In this document: positions 26,881 to 38,835 of the stretch, piece by piece
Layout of the letters: every line of letters starts with the position of its first letter
Numbering within the stretch: the first letter of the stretch is position 1
Assembly (NCBI RefSeq): GCF_963921235.1
Contig: NC_086109.1
Span: forward strand, 3,226,001 to 3,290,000
DNA: 64,000 nt
Reading direction: 5' to 3'
Source: Mobula hypostoma
Taxonomy: Eukaryota
Translations under genes and position numbers: made by a program
The notes under the pieces: generated by a model
The model's input: only the letters and a program-made list of their open reading frames with translations
Database searches by the model: none
Told to the model about the DNA's origin: nothing

Positions 26881-27112
26881 ATAAACACACCACCAGGCAT
26901 AGTGCCTGACTGTTTTCTGCTGTCTCCATCGAATGTTCACTGTAAGCCCGCTGAGATCTCCCACATCAGTCTTCACCTGAATGTTTCCCCATCCAGCCAC
27001 AGGTGAGTTCCCAGAGGGCTGGAGAGTAGTCAGCGTTCCTCATTTGAAGATGGGCAATTGGGACAAAACAGGAATTGTAGGATGATGAGTCTTACATCAA
27101 TGGTGCAAAGCT

Positions 27113-27362
27113 AATTTATTATTTATTTATTTATTGAGATGCAGCATAGAATAGCCCCTCCAGCCCCTCGAGCTGCGCCACCCAGCAATCCCCTGATTCA
27201 ATCCCAGCCTAGTCACGGGTTAATTTACAATCACCAGTACGTCTTTGGACTGTGGGATGAAACCCATGCGATCACAGGGAGAACAAACTCCTTTCCGGTA
27301 GCTGCTGGAATTGAACCCGGGTTGTCTGTACTGTAAAGCATTGTGCTAAGCACTACACTGCT
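27113..27362 (-). mobile_element. tRNA-derived V-SINE-like element
   Basis: Minus strand: A-box-like TGTAGTGCTTAG, B box GGTTCAATTCC, V-domain-like GGGTTTC..CCCACAGTCCAAAGACGT, (TAAA)n tail. Confidence 0.7.
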
Positions 27363-27946
27363 CTGAGGGGTAGGAGATGGTTGCCTCTGGATAGGTACAG
27401 ATTGATTAGAGAGAGTCAGCATAGGTGAGAGGGGTTTGAAGGACTATTATTTAAGTGCAGGTAGATGTGTCTTTGCAGAAGACCAGGCCAGCATGGCATT
27501 GATGGGCCAAAGGGCTGTTTCTGCACTGTAGTACTCTATAACTCAATATGAAGGCTTTAGAGGAGACGCTGATGATGTTTACCTGGATATTCCAGAGACT
27601 GGCAAATATTCATTCTAAGCAGAAGACAAACAAATTTGGGTTGTTTTCTCTGGAGTTTTGGGGCTGAGGGGAGACAGGATAGAGGTTTATATGATCACGA
27701 GAGTCAGAGACAGATTCGGCAGACAGTGGCCTTTACCCTGGGTAAGTACACGTGTCTGTCTGTCTAGGGGAGTCTGAGTGCTTGGGGCAGGGGTTTCCTC
27801 CTTTGTTATGCTTTGGACCCCTACCATTCACTGAAACCTCCACGGACCCCAGGGCGAGAATCCTAAGTGATTCAGTTATACCCAGTGTGGGTGTGTAGGT
27901 TGGTGAGGATTTGTTGTGCGGGGGTCGTGTATAGTGGGAGTGGCGG

Positions 27947-27948
<2 letters not shown>

Positions 27949-27994
<46 letters not shown>
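27949..27994. repeat. (GT)23 microsatellite
   Basis: Direct observation. Confidence 0.97.
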
Positions 27995-27996
<2 letters not shown>

Positions 27997-28624
27997 TGGG
28001 TGGGTGGTTATGGGGGTAATTCTATGGTGGGGTGGAAGGATTTTCTGGGGGAGCTCTGTGAGGGTGAGTATGTGTTGGGGGGGCAGAGATTGCTGTCACT
28101 GTGAGGAGTGTATAGTGGGAGGGTGTTTCTGGGGCATTGGGTGTGTACAGTGGGTGTGTATTTGCACTGGGGGTGGTGTCAGTATGATCTCATGAAAGCC
28201 CAAACCAATGTGATATTCAAGTAAAGATCATTAAAACACCTGATGAAAACTGAGGCAGAAAGATGTGATACACTAACAAATGCTCTCAAGTCAAGCAAAC
28301 AAAGAATGTTTTGCTTATAAATATTCTGAAGAAGCCGGAAATCTGGTTTCGGGACAAATAGTCAGAAGTAGACAGAGCACATTGTTTCATTAAAGATCTT
28401 CCCCCACGTTGTTTCTCTGGAGCTAATGCCTTGAGGAAACGGGGCAGGTGTGGGATGTTCATTGACCAATGACAGTCAGAACCTGACATTCAGATTCTCG
28501 AGCAACACCACTGGATCAATAGGAGTGGGTTCTGAGAATGCTGGACCATGTTGTGCACCAGATGTGGCTCTTATCTGTGGAGCAAGGTTAGAGAATTATA
28601 GCAAGCTCCAGAACGTACTGCCAA

Positions 28625-29123
28625 CCATAAGGCCGTAAGATATAGGAGCAGAATTAGGCTATTTGGTGCATCGAGTCTGCTCTGCCATTTCATCATAGCT
28701 GATTCATTTTCCCTCTCAGCCCCAATCTCCTGCCTTCTCCCCATACCCCTTCATACCCTGACTAATTAAGAACCTATCAACCTAGGCGCAAATATACCCA
28801 ATGACTTGGCCTCCACAGCCACCTGTGGCAATGAATTCCACAGATTCACCACTCTCTGGATAAAGAAATTCCACCTCACCTCTGTTCAAAATGAATGTCC
28901 CTCTATTCTGAGGCCATGTCCTCTGGTCCTAGACTCCCCCACCATAGGAAACATCCTCTCCACATCCACTCTATCCCTGATTTTCAATCCAGAATCATTT
29001 TCCTGAACTCCTTTGAACCTCCTCCAATGGCACATTCTTTCTTAGATGAGTGGCCCAAAGCCGCTCACGGTACCCCAAGCAAGGGCTCACCAGTGCTTTA
29101 TAAAGCCTCAACATTACATCCTT
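28625..29123 (-). mobile_element. CR1 3' end
   Basis: Reverse complement of the 4600-5100-type sequence plus CCATAAG tail. Confidence 0.8.
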
Positions 29124-29816
29124 AATGGAACCGAGTGAGACCAGTTTGGTCCACTGCTGTCGTGGCAATGGCACTATTCGATAATAAGTTATGAATCTGA
29201 TCGAGAGAGTTAGAACATCGAATGTAGAACAGTACAGAACAGGAACAGGCTATATGGCCGACAATGTTGCATCGAAACAGCTAAAATCAAAACACAAGCA
29301 CCCAAAACTAACCCCTCCTTCCTACGCCATGTCAATATCCCTCCATCTTCCATACATCCACGTGTCTATCCAAATGTCTCCACTGTATTTGCCTCTAGTA
29401 TCACACCAGGCAGCACATTCCAGGTATCCACCACTCTCTGAGGCAAAACCTTACCCCTCACATCCCCCTTGAACCCACCCCCTCTCACCTTCAGTGTACA
29501 ACCTTCCACTGGCTTATGGTCCATGCCGATAGAATAAGGACGGGTGGGCAAAGTGCTTCAAAACTGGAGGTGGGATCATTGTTCATCACTGTGGCAACGA
29601 GAAGAATAGCTGATCTTCACAGGAAAGGTCTGACTGGGACAACTCAAAATAGATTGGAAGAATATTTTCAGTGCTAACTGAAGTCACACATTCACATATT
29701 GTTGGAAAGATTAATAATATGTTCGAAGACAACAGCATAGATATAACAGTATAATACATGCCTTCACACTGGAATAGATGCAAAACTAGTTTATTGCAAG
29801 TGTAGACTAGTCCTGT

Positions 29817-30500
29817 TTGGTCTGCGGAGCCAAGTGGAGAAGTATTGAATGCACTAGAACAAAAGAGTGGATCACACCAACAGAGAGTGTGCATAAGGCG
29901 GATAAATTTTTGCAGCCATGCAGAGATTATAAAGTTACACTTCAAGCTGAAGATGTTCAACAATATTCAGTACCCATTTCTCAAGACTCTTATACAGAGT
30001 TAACAAGATCAGACACATGTTGAGAAGGATAGCTGTGTTTGAACATTCACCCAGCTCACACACAGAGTTACCCAATATATCTCCACCAATATTGTCAAGG
30101 CCATGGGAACTTGTTCAACAAAGATGATCTTCTGATTATGTTGAGTACAGAAGACAAAGGAATGTGATTTTGCAGAAAGTATTCAGGAGATTAGATGAAT
30201 GCAATCTGAAGTTGAAGTGAAGCAAATGCACATTCTTGAGATGAGATGTGTTTTATCGTGCTTTGAAAGTTGAAGGCGCTGGCCTCAGTCAGGGTCAGAA
30301 AAGGAAAAAAATCAATTCTGAACTTGCCACATTCTATTGCAAAGATGGTTCAGCATCTGCCTGATGTGTTCTAAATCTTCAAACAGTGCACATACTTCTC
30401 AGAAAATTGATACCTTACAGGCAGCTGCAAATTTCTTTTAATGGGAAAAAAGTTAGCTCGTGAAGTTCTTGATGATGAAAATAGTATGTATGAGCTGAGG
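29817..30500 (+). pseudogene. Highly decayed Ty3/Gypsy (Mag-like) RT relic
   Basis: EWITPTESVHKADKFLQPCRDYKVTL..QYSVP resembles W.API..V.K.DG..R.CGDYKVT..YPLP; downstream DDLLI and QKVFRRLDECNLKLK..KCTF segments. Confidence 0.65.
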
Positions 30501-30537
30501 ATAGTGTTTCATAGGTCAAATAATGGGACAAATGCAG

Positions 30538-30763
30538 GGATGAATCTGTGGAATTCGTTGCCAAGACATCTGTGGAGGCCAAGTCATTGGGTATATTTAA
30601 GGCAGAAGTTGATAGATTCTTGATTCGCCAGGGCATCAAGGAATACGGAGAGAAGGCAGGAGATCGGGGCTGAGAGGGAAAATTGATCAGCCATAATGAA
30701 ATGGCAGAGCACACGCGATGAGCCAAATGGCCTAATTCGCTCCTATATCTTCTGGTCTTATGG
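30538..30763 (+). mobile_element. CR1 3' end
   Basis: NLWNSLP motif; same tail as 36480-36695 and 60755-61010. Confidence 0.8.
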
Positions 30764-30899
30764 TAATAATTGTGGGAAACCAGAGTAAGGAAAGCACATA
30801 GAGACTTGCATTTTGTCAAGGGGCAAAAATCATTCCACATTAAGTGTGAAGAAAGCGTTTATAATGGTAGCAGAAAAGAAACTCCTGGAGAAATTGCAC

Positions 30900-31080
30900 A
30901 AACACAAAATGCTAGAGGAACTCCGTGGGTCAGGCAGTGTCTATGGAGAAGGAATGAATGGTCGACATTTCGAGACGAAACCTTTCATCAGGAAGGAGGA
31001 GTTCACTGACTTGAAAAGGAATTCCCTTCGCAGGTGCTGCACAATTCTTTGAGTTCTTTCAGCAATTTGCATTTTTCTGC
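30900..31080. mobile_element. Fold-back Penelope pLTR remnant with hammerhead-like core on the minus strand (30961-30993)
   Basis: Minus strand reads CTGATGA-AAGGTTTCGTCTC-GAAATGTCGAC. Confidence 0.65.
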
Positions 31081-31975
31081 AGGGCACAACATCTATGCCC
31101 CTTGTCTTAGCATCTGAAAGAGGGTGTGGAATCAAGAAATTCCAATTCCAGTTCCAGCTCCGTCAAAGTTCAAAGTAAATTTATTATCAAAGTACATAAA
31201 AGTCACCATAAACAATACTGAGATTCATTTTCTTGTGGGCATACTCAATAAATAGAATAATTATAATGAAAGACTGCACCGATAGGTGTACAACATAAAG
31301 ATAAACAAAAATAAGAATAAATAAGCAGTAAATACTGAGAAAATAAGATGAAAAGTCCATGGGTTGTGGAAACATTTCAATGATGTGGCAACAGGTGAAA
31401 TTGAGTGAAGTAATCCCCTTTGATTGGAGAGCTTGATGGTTGAGGGTTAATAACTGTTCCTGAACCTGGTGTGTGAAGCCTGAGGCTCCAGGGCCTTCTT
31501 TCTGAAAGCAGCAGTGAGAAGGGAGCATGACATAGGTTGTGAGGATCCCCGTTGATGGATGCTGCTTTCCTGCGACATCGCCACATGTAGGTGTGCTCAG
31601 TGGTGGAGAGGGTTTTACTCGTGACGGACCGGGCCATATCCATTACGTTTTGTAGGATTTTCCATTCAAGGGCATTGGTGTTTCCTTACCGAGCTGTGAT
31701 GTAGTCAATATACTCCCCACTACACATCTGTTGAAGTTTTTCAAAGTTTTAGATGCCATGCCAAATCTTCACAAACTCCAGAGGGAGCAGGGGTGATCCC
31801 ATGCTTTCTTTTTAATTACTTATGTGCTGGGCCCAGTTCACATCATCTGAAATAATAACCCCAAGGAATTTAAAGTTGCTGATCCTCTCCACCTCTGATC
31901 GCCCAATGAGGACTGACTCATCGATCTTTGGTTTCCTCCTCCTCCTCAGTTCAATAATCAATTCAGTCTTACTGA

Positions 31976-32708
31976 TGTACAGGGTCTTTCTTTTTTTTGT
32001 ATGTTAAATTTAAAATAACTTCTTTGTTATGTTAAATGCTGAGAAAGTCTCCAGCTAGACAGTTGCTTGGGTTACTACAGACAGCAGGGTGCTATTAGCC
32101 AATGGGTGGTCATGTATCGTTTTGTTTTCGGATGATAATGCTGTATCATATGACTGGGGACGGGGTTTTGGCGGGGAGTCAGAGGAGAGACGGGGAGTCG
32201 GAGGAGAGACAGGGAGGACAGCGGACGGTTTTTGGTGGGGAGTCGGAGGAGAGACGGGGAGGACGGTGGACAGGGTTTGGCGGGGAGTCGGGGGAGAGAC
32301 GGAGGACGGCGGGGAGACGGAGGAGTCGGAGGAGAGACGGGGAGTCGGAGGAGAGACGGGGAGGACGGCGGACGTGCGGAGAGGCCCCGGTCGATCACTT
32401 CGGGTGGTCCCGAGCAGTGAGTCGACAGGAATCGATTGAGCTCCAACGGTTGCACGCGAAGAACTTGGACTTTGATAAGTCCTGGCGCCTTTTTTTTCAT
32501 TACTTCCTTTTCTGTATCAAATTTATATTAATATCATAGAATTAGTAATATCTATAAAGTGTACTTGATAAAACGTACTGGGTGTGCTGGCTGATGATTG
32601 ATGTTTGGGATTGATTCAGGCGGCAACCGACTCCGTGGGAAGCGTTGAGGCAGGTGCTGGGTGGGACTTCCCCTAGACATATACGAGCCAGTATAACTGA
32701 GCGTTACA
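31976..32708. mobile_element. Solo LTR (733 bp) inserted in the Rex LINE
   Basis: TGTAC...GTTACA termini; 4-bp TSD CTGA (31972-31975, 32709-32712); host LINE is contiguous once it is removed. Confidence 0.8.
32165..32380. repeat. G/A-rich tandem repeat inside the solo LTR
   Basis: Repeated GGGGAGTCGGAGGAGAGAC units. Confidence 0.9.
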
Positions 32709-33936
32709 CTGACATTGAGTTAGAGGTTATTGTTATGCCACTACTCTGCCGGATTTTCGATCTGCCCCCTATATGCTGACTTGTTACCAACTTTGATTCG
32801 GCTTACGACAGTGGTGTCATCAGCAAATTTGAGTATGGCGTTGGAGCTCTGCTTAGTGACACAGTAATAAGTGTAAAGCAAGTGGAGTGGGGAGCTAAGC
32901 GTATAGCTTTGTGATGCACCTACGCTGATGGAGATTGTGGAGGAGATGTTGCCAATCCAAACAAACTGAGGTTTGCAAGTGAGGGAATTGAGGAACCAAG
33001 TAGGTATTGAGTCCAAGGTCTTGCAGCTTGTTAATTAGTTTTGAGGGGATAATGGTATTGAATGCCGAGCTGTAGTCGATAAAGACAATCCTGAGGTAAG
33101 CACCTTTGCTGTCCAGATATTCCACAGTTGAGTAAAGTGCCAATGAAATGGCATCTGCTGTGGAGCCGGTGTGCTGATAGGAAAATTGGAGCAGATCCAA
33201 GTCATTTCTCAGGCAGGGATTGAAATGATTCATCACCAACCTTTCAATACATTTCATCACAGTTGACGTAAGAGCTACTGGACCTGAGTCATTGAGTCAG
33301 GTCATCAAGTTCTTCTGAGGCTCCAGTATAAATGAAGCCTGTATAAAGCAGCTGAGTACCCCAGACTGCCAAAGTGAGAGTTTAAAGATCTCATTGAACA
33401 CTCCAGCCAATTGGTCAGCGCAGGCCTTCAGTGCTTGGTCAGGAACCCCACCTGGTCTGGATGCTTTCTGTGGGTTCACCCTCCTGAAAGATGCTCGCAC
33501 GTCGGCCTCAGAGATCACAGGACCATCGAGGGCTGTGGGAGTTCGTGATGGTTCCTCCATGTTTCGATGGTCAAAGCGAGCGTAGAAGGCATTGAGCGTA
33601 TCTGGAAACAAAACCCTGATGTAGCCTTTGTTGATTTTACGTTATAAGAGGTGATATATAAAGCCTGCCACAACTCTTGAGCATTCTTCATTGATTCAAG
33701 TTTCGTCCAAAATTTCCACTTTGCCCATGAGATGGCTTTCAGGAGATCGTAACTGGATATCTTGTAACGTTTTTGTAACCAGACGTGAGTGCCTCTGATC
33801 TGTCCCTAAGCAGATTGCAGATCTCATGGTTCATCTAGGGCTTCTGGCTGGTGAAGACTCTGAACGCTCTTGTGGGGACATACTCGTCTACAACTGCTTT
33901 TATTAAGTCTGTGACAACCGTAATGTATTCATTCAT

Positions 33937-34199
33937 CTCCACCGAGATGCAACACAGAGCGTCATAGGCAGTCATTCCTGCCTGTGGCCGTCAAACTTTA
34001 GAACTCCTCCCTTGGAGGGTCAGACACCCTGAGCCAATAGGCTGGTCCTGGACTTATTTCATAATTTACTGGCATAATTTACATATTACTATTTAACTAT
34101 TTATGGTTTTATTACTATTAAGTTATTTATGGTGCAACTGTAACAAAAACCAATTTCCCCCGGGATCAATAAAGTATGACTATGACTATGACTACGACT
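33937..34199 (+). mobile_element. Rex1-like 3' end with (TATGAC)n tail
   Basis: Near-identical to about 24715-24972. Confidence 0.88.
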
Positions 34200-35552
34200 A
34201 CAAGATCAACAGATGAGTTCTTGAACACAAACCCAGTCCACCGACTCAAAGCAATCCCATAGCCACTCCTCTGCCTCCTGCGACCACCTCTTTGTTGTCC
34301 TAATCTCTGGAGCTTTGCTCTTTAGCCTCTACCTGTATGCAGGTAGGAGAAGGACTGCCAAGAGATCCAATTTAACAAAATCTGGTCTGGGCATAGAACA
34401 GTAGGCATTCCTTATCTTAGTATAACAGTGGGTATACTGCTTTGGGACCGCTGGTTCTACAAGTTTATTTGTTGACGGTAATTGGGCAGGGAGTTCTTCA
34501 AACACGAATGTCATCAGCTTTTGCTAAGCCAAGCGTTTTCCCAGTAATTGGTCATAAACTGCATCCAGTGAGATTAAGTCCTGACTCAGTGATGTGTTAG
34601 AGCGCAGGACACAGAACACAGAAAGTGCCTCTCGACCCTTGTGTACAATGGAAACATCAAGATGTAAAGATGGGTAATCCTTCTGTCACAGTGAGACCAA
34701 ACCATCAAGTTCAGGAGATCTATGCAGAGCACAGCTAAGTGAAGAAATTTGTCCACATGTCAGTCTTAGATGTCTTTTGGCATCATGGCTGTTGATTGGA
34801 CAGCTACAGAAAACATTTGTCCTGCAGTAGCTAACAAGCCCTGTCAAAATTTGGCACATTTTATGGAGATCCACAGGACTATGCTGCACAGGGACTGTCT
34901 CTTCAGCCCATGATGTCTGCACTGACAGCGATCAGAATCAGGTTTAATATCACTGTTAGTGCACAGTTAACTTAGCAGCAGCAGTATAAGGCAATACATG
35001 ATCAATATAGAAAAATATAAAATAGATAGATAAATAAAATGCTAGTTGATCTAATCCCACCTGCTGGAGGAACTCTTGCGGATCAAACAGCATCTGTAGA
35101 AGGAATGGAACTGTGATGATTCAAGTGAAAACCCACAGATGCTGCTCGACCACTGAATTTCTCCAGCAGATCTTTTGTTTCCCGCCTTCCAGCATTCTTG
35201 TGTCTCTGACTAATTCCATCTCTCTGTAGGGTCTGCCTCCCCAGATTTCCTGCCTGCTCACCTCCCCTTATTCTATAAAACTGTGATGAATATAGAGCAT
35301 CAAACAATCTGCTGGAAGAGCTCAGAGGGTTGAGTAACATCTGGGAGAGTTAAGGAATTGACGGTTCAGTTCGATACCCTGCATCAGCACCTTTCATCCT
35401 GTGTATGTAATGAAGACAGGCTGACTCGACCCATCTGTACCAATACAACCCTAGGGTTTAGGGAGCCAGCACTCTTTCCATCCTGTTTTCGGTAACAAGG
35501 TCAAGTCTCCAAGCTACACACCAGTTGTGGTCTCACCAAGACCTGTATAATT

Positions 35553-36695
35553 GAGGCTTTATATGGCACTGGTGAGGCCCCACTTGGAGTAGTGTGAGCA
35601 GTTTTAGACCGTAAGGCCATAAGATATAGGAGCAGAATTGGGCCATCTGGCCCATCGAGTCTGCTCTGTCATTTCTTCATGCTGATCCATTTCCTTCTCA
35701 GCCTCTATCTCCTGCCTTCTCCCTGTATCCCTTCATGCTTTGATCAATCAAGAATCTATCAACCTCTGCCTTAAATATACATAAAGATTTCGCCTCTACA
35801 GCTGCCTGCAGCAATGAAGTCTACAGATTCACCACTCTCTGGTGAAATTCCACCTCATCTCCATTCTAAAAGGACACCTCTCTACTCTGAGGCCGCGTCC
35901 TCTGGCCTTAGATTCTCTTACTACAGGAAACATTCTCTCCACATCCACCCTATCAAGGGCTTTCACCATTCAATAGATTTCAACGAGGTCACCCCTCATT
36001 CTTCTGAATTCTACAGAATACAGGCCAGAGTCATCAAACACTCTTCATGCGACAAGCCATTCAATCCTGCAATCACTTTCATGAACCTCCTTTGACTTTG
36101 ATCCAGTTTCAGCACATTCTTTTCAAGATAAGGGGCCCAAAACCGATCACAATACTCCAAGTGAGGCCTCACCAGTGCTTTATAAAGAGCCCCTTCTCTA
36201 AGAAAGGATGTTCTAACATTGGAGAGGGTTCGAAGGAGGTTTGAAAAATGATTCTGGATTGAAAGGCTTATCATATGAAGAGTCTTTGATAGCTGTGGGC
36301 CTGTACCCACTGGAATTCAGAAGAATGAGCTATTGGATGTAGAAAGGCCTCAATAGAGCGGATGTGGAAAGGATGTTTCCTGTGGTGGGGAGTCTATAAC
36401 CAGATGACACAGCCTCAGAATAGAGTGATGTCCATTTAGAATGAAGATGAAGAAAAATTTCTTTAGCCAGAGAGTTCTGAATCTATTGAATTAATTGCCA
36501 CAGGCAGCTGTGGGGCAAATGTTATTGGGTATATTTAAGACAAAGTTTGGTAGATTCTTGATTAGTCAGGGTATGAAGGGATACAGGGAGAAGGCAGGCG
36601 ATCGGGGCTGAGAGGGAAATGGATCAGTCATGATGAAATGGCGGAACAGACTCGATGGGCCAAATGGCCTAATTCTGCTCCTATGTTTTATGGCA
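35553..36695. mobile_element. Plus-strand CR1 3' end interrupted by a minus-strand copy of the same family (about 35607-36185)
   Basis: LYKALVRPHLEY-like motif on both strands; CCATAA tails at each 3' end. Confidence 0.8.
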
Positions 36696-37724
36696 TAACT
36701 GGAGCAAGGAACCCACGTTCCTGTACCAAAAACCACTTGTGCAAGCAATGATGGGTCTTTCTACCTGGTTGCTTTCAGTGAATAGTATACAAGTTCACAC
36801 AGGCTCCTCTAAGCATCAACATATCCCACTCTATCACTATTGATTAATATTCTGCTTTCTGAGTTCTTACTGATGTGCATAACTCAAAGTACATTTACTA
36901 CCAAGGAATGTATAAATTATACAATGTTGGGACTTGTTTGTTTACAGGCAGCCACAAAGCAAGAAACCTGAAATAACCCAATTAAAAATCAAATAAAATA
37001 AAGACTAACACCTGGTGTGTTGAGAAAGGGGAGGGGGGGGGGAGTACAAATCATGCAAGCATAGAAGCAAGCAACAACAATCCAAACCAAAATATGTCCT
37101 TAGATCCGAACCCTGGAGCAGCCTGGAGTAGGCCCAGGCTTTGGAATTAGTTCATCATATTAGCAGGCATGGAGCTCAGCAGTGGGGACTGTCTTCATAG
37201 TCTCAGTGCCATGGAGAAGGGAGTCACCATCGCGGGAGAGCGAGCAAAATCAGCTCTCACCTCTGATGCCGACACCCTGTCTTTCTAGTATATCACTTAG
37301 ATTGTCCAAACAGCTTATCGTACCTCACACTAGGATCCAGGCAACGCTCCAGTGAAAGTCTCTGGGCCTAAAACGCGCCACCCAGCAACTCATTCCAGTC
37401 CCAGATTTTTCCGCCCAGCTCGAAGCTGCTCTCGATTTCTCCAAATTGGTTCATCGCCCAGGGCAGTCCAGCTCACACCTGGGCCAATTGTATAGGCATC
37501 AGAACTCTTCTGCCTCGAGTTCTCCTCTCCAAATGGTTCACTCCATCTGCGTTGATTCTGCAACATACCACACGGTTCATCCCTCAAATTTGCTTCATCT
37601 TTGCTTGCTTCTTCATTGTCTCCAGTGATAACTTACCACAATTTACTTCAGAAAAGATGTCATTAGTAATGTTCTTGGTCGAATTTCTTACTTTTTGAAC
37701 TACCAGTGAGCTGTCGCACACATT

Positions 37725-38040
37725 CGATAGTAAAGGCATCCGTTAGTCTTGCGAAACCATGGATCTGCGCCTGGATAGTCTTCACTCTCCAGGGCGCAGG
37801 CCTGGGCAAGGTTGTATGGAAGACCAGCAGTTGCCCATGCTGCAAGTCTCCCCTCTCCACGACACCAATGTTGTCCAAGAGAAGGGCATTAGGACCCATA
37901 CAGCTTGGCACCAGTGTCGTCGCAGAGCAATGTGTGATTAAGTGCCTTGCTCAAGGACACAACATGTTCCCTCCGCTGGGGCTCAAACTCATGACCTTCA
38001 GGTCGCTAGTCCAATGCCTTAACCACTTGGCCACGTGCCC
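37725..38040 (-). mobile_element. tRNA-derived SINE with CORE-like domain
   Basis: Minus strand: A box TGGCCAAGTGG, B-box-like GAGTTTGAGCC, then GTGTCCTTGAGCAAGGCACTTAA. Confidence 0.75.
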
Positions 38041-38659
38041 AGCCACATTCCATAACCCTATCTTAAACCAGAAGCCTTAACGTGATGTTATCTACATGAT
38101 ATTGCTTCTGTTATGAATGGATTGACTTGTCTACATCACTTGAAACTTGCAAGGGTTCCCAATCTTTTTTTATGCCATGGACCAAAACCATTAAGAAAGG
38201 GGTCCATGGACCCCCAGATTGGGAACCCTCACTTCAAAGCCTTTATGTGTTCACCTCACAAAGCCTCCCATTTCACATCATTGGCAAATTTAGAAATAAT
38301 ACATTTTTCCATCTTCCCAAATACCATCAAGCAGAAGGTACAGAAACCTGAAGTCCTGCACCACCAGGTTCAAGAACAGCTACTTCCCTTCAAATGTTTG
38401 ATTGTTGACCAAATGGCAAAACACTAACCAGGACAGTTTAATAACATTATGAACAAGAAAAAAGGATCTAAAACTATAGGAAAAGAATTTTAACAAAGAC
38501 AAAGGTCTCACTCTAAGTAAGAACTGGAATTCAATTGTAGACAAGGTAGGAGAGCAGAAACATAGAACATAGGATAGTTCTATGCACAGTACAGGCCCTT
38601 CGGCCCACAATGTTGTGCCAACCCTTAAACCCTGCTTCCCATAAAACCCCCCACCTTAA

Positions 38660-38835
38660 ACCTAATTGGATGAGGACTAACTGATCAGGAGGGAATGGCC
38701 TGGGGGGGTATAAATACCACTGGACTAGACTTACCCAGGCATCGTCCCTGAAGAAGATGGCAGCGTCTGTCATTGAAATGCTGGTTATAATCGATACCTG
38801 CACCCAGCTGGAAGGCCGAGAAGAGTTTATTCAAC
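38660..38835 (+). mobile_element. pLTR of a second Penelope-like family with a degenerate hammerhead
   Basis: TATAAATA followed by CTGAAGA-A-GATGGCAG-cgt-CTGTCATT-GAAA (38748-38778). Confidence 0.55.

Larger units (their letters stand above)
31163..34390 (-). mobile_element. Rex1/Babar-like LINE, decayed, with nested insertions
   Basis: ORFs 33297-33611, 32895-33260 ([12 protein letters not shown]), 32741-33016 (KFADDTT). Confidence 0.85.

Noticed and set aside
37960..38040. tRNA genes here and at about 27300-27362
   Set aside because: A/B boxes run directly into SINE bodies and no complete cloverleaf is evident
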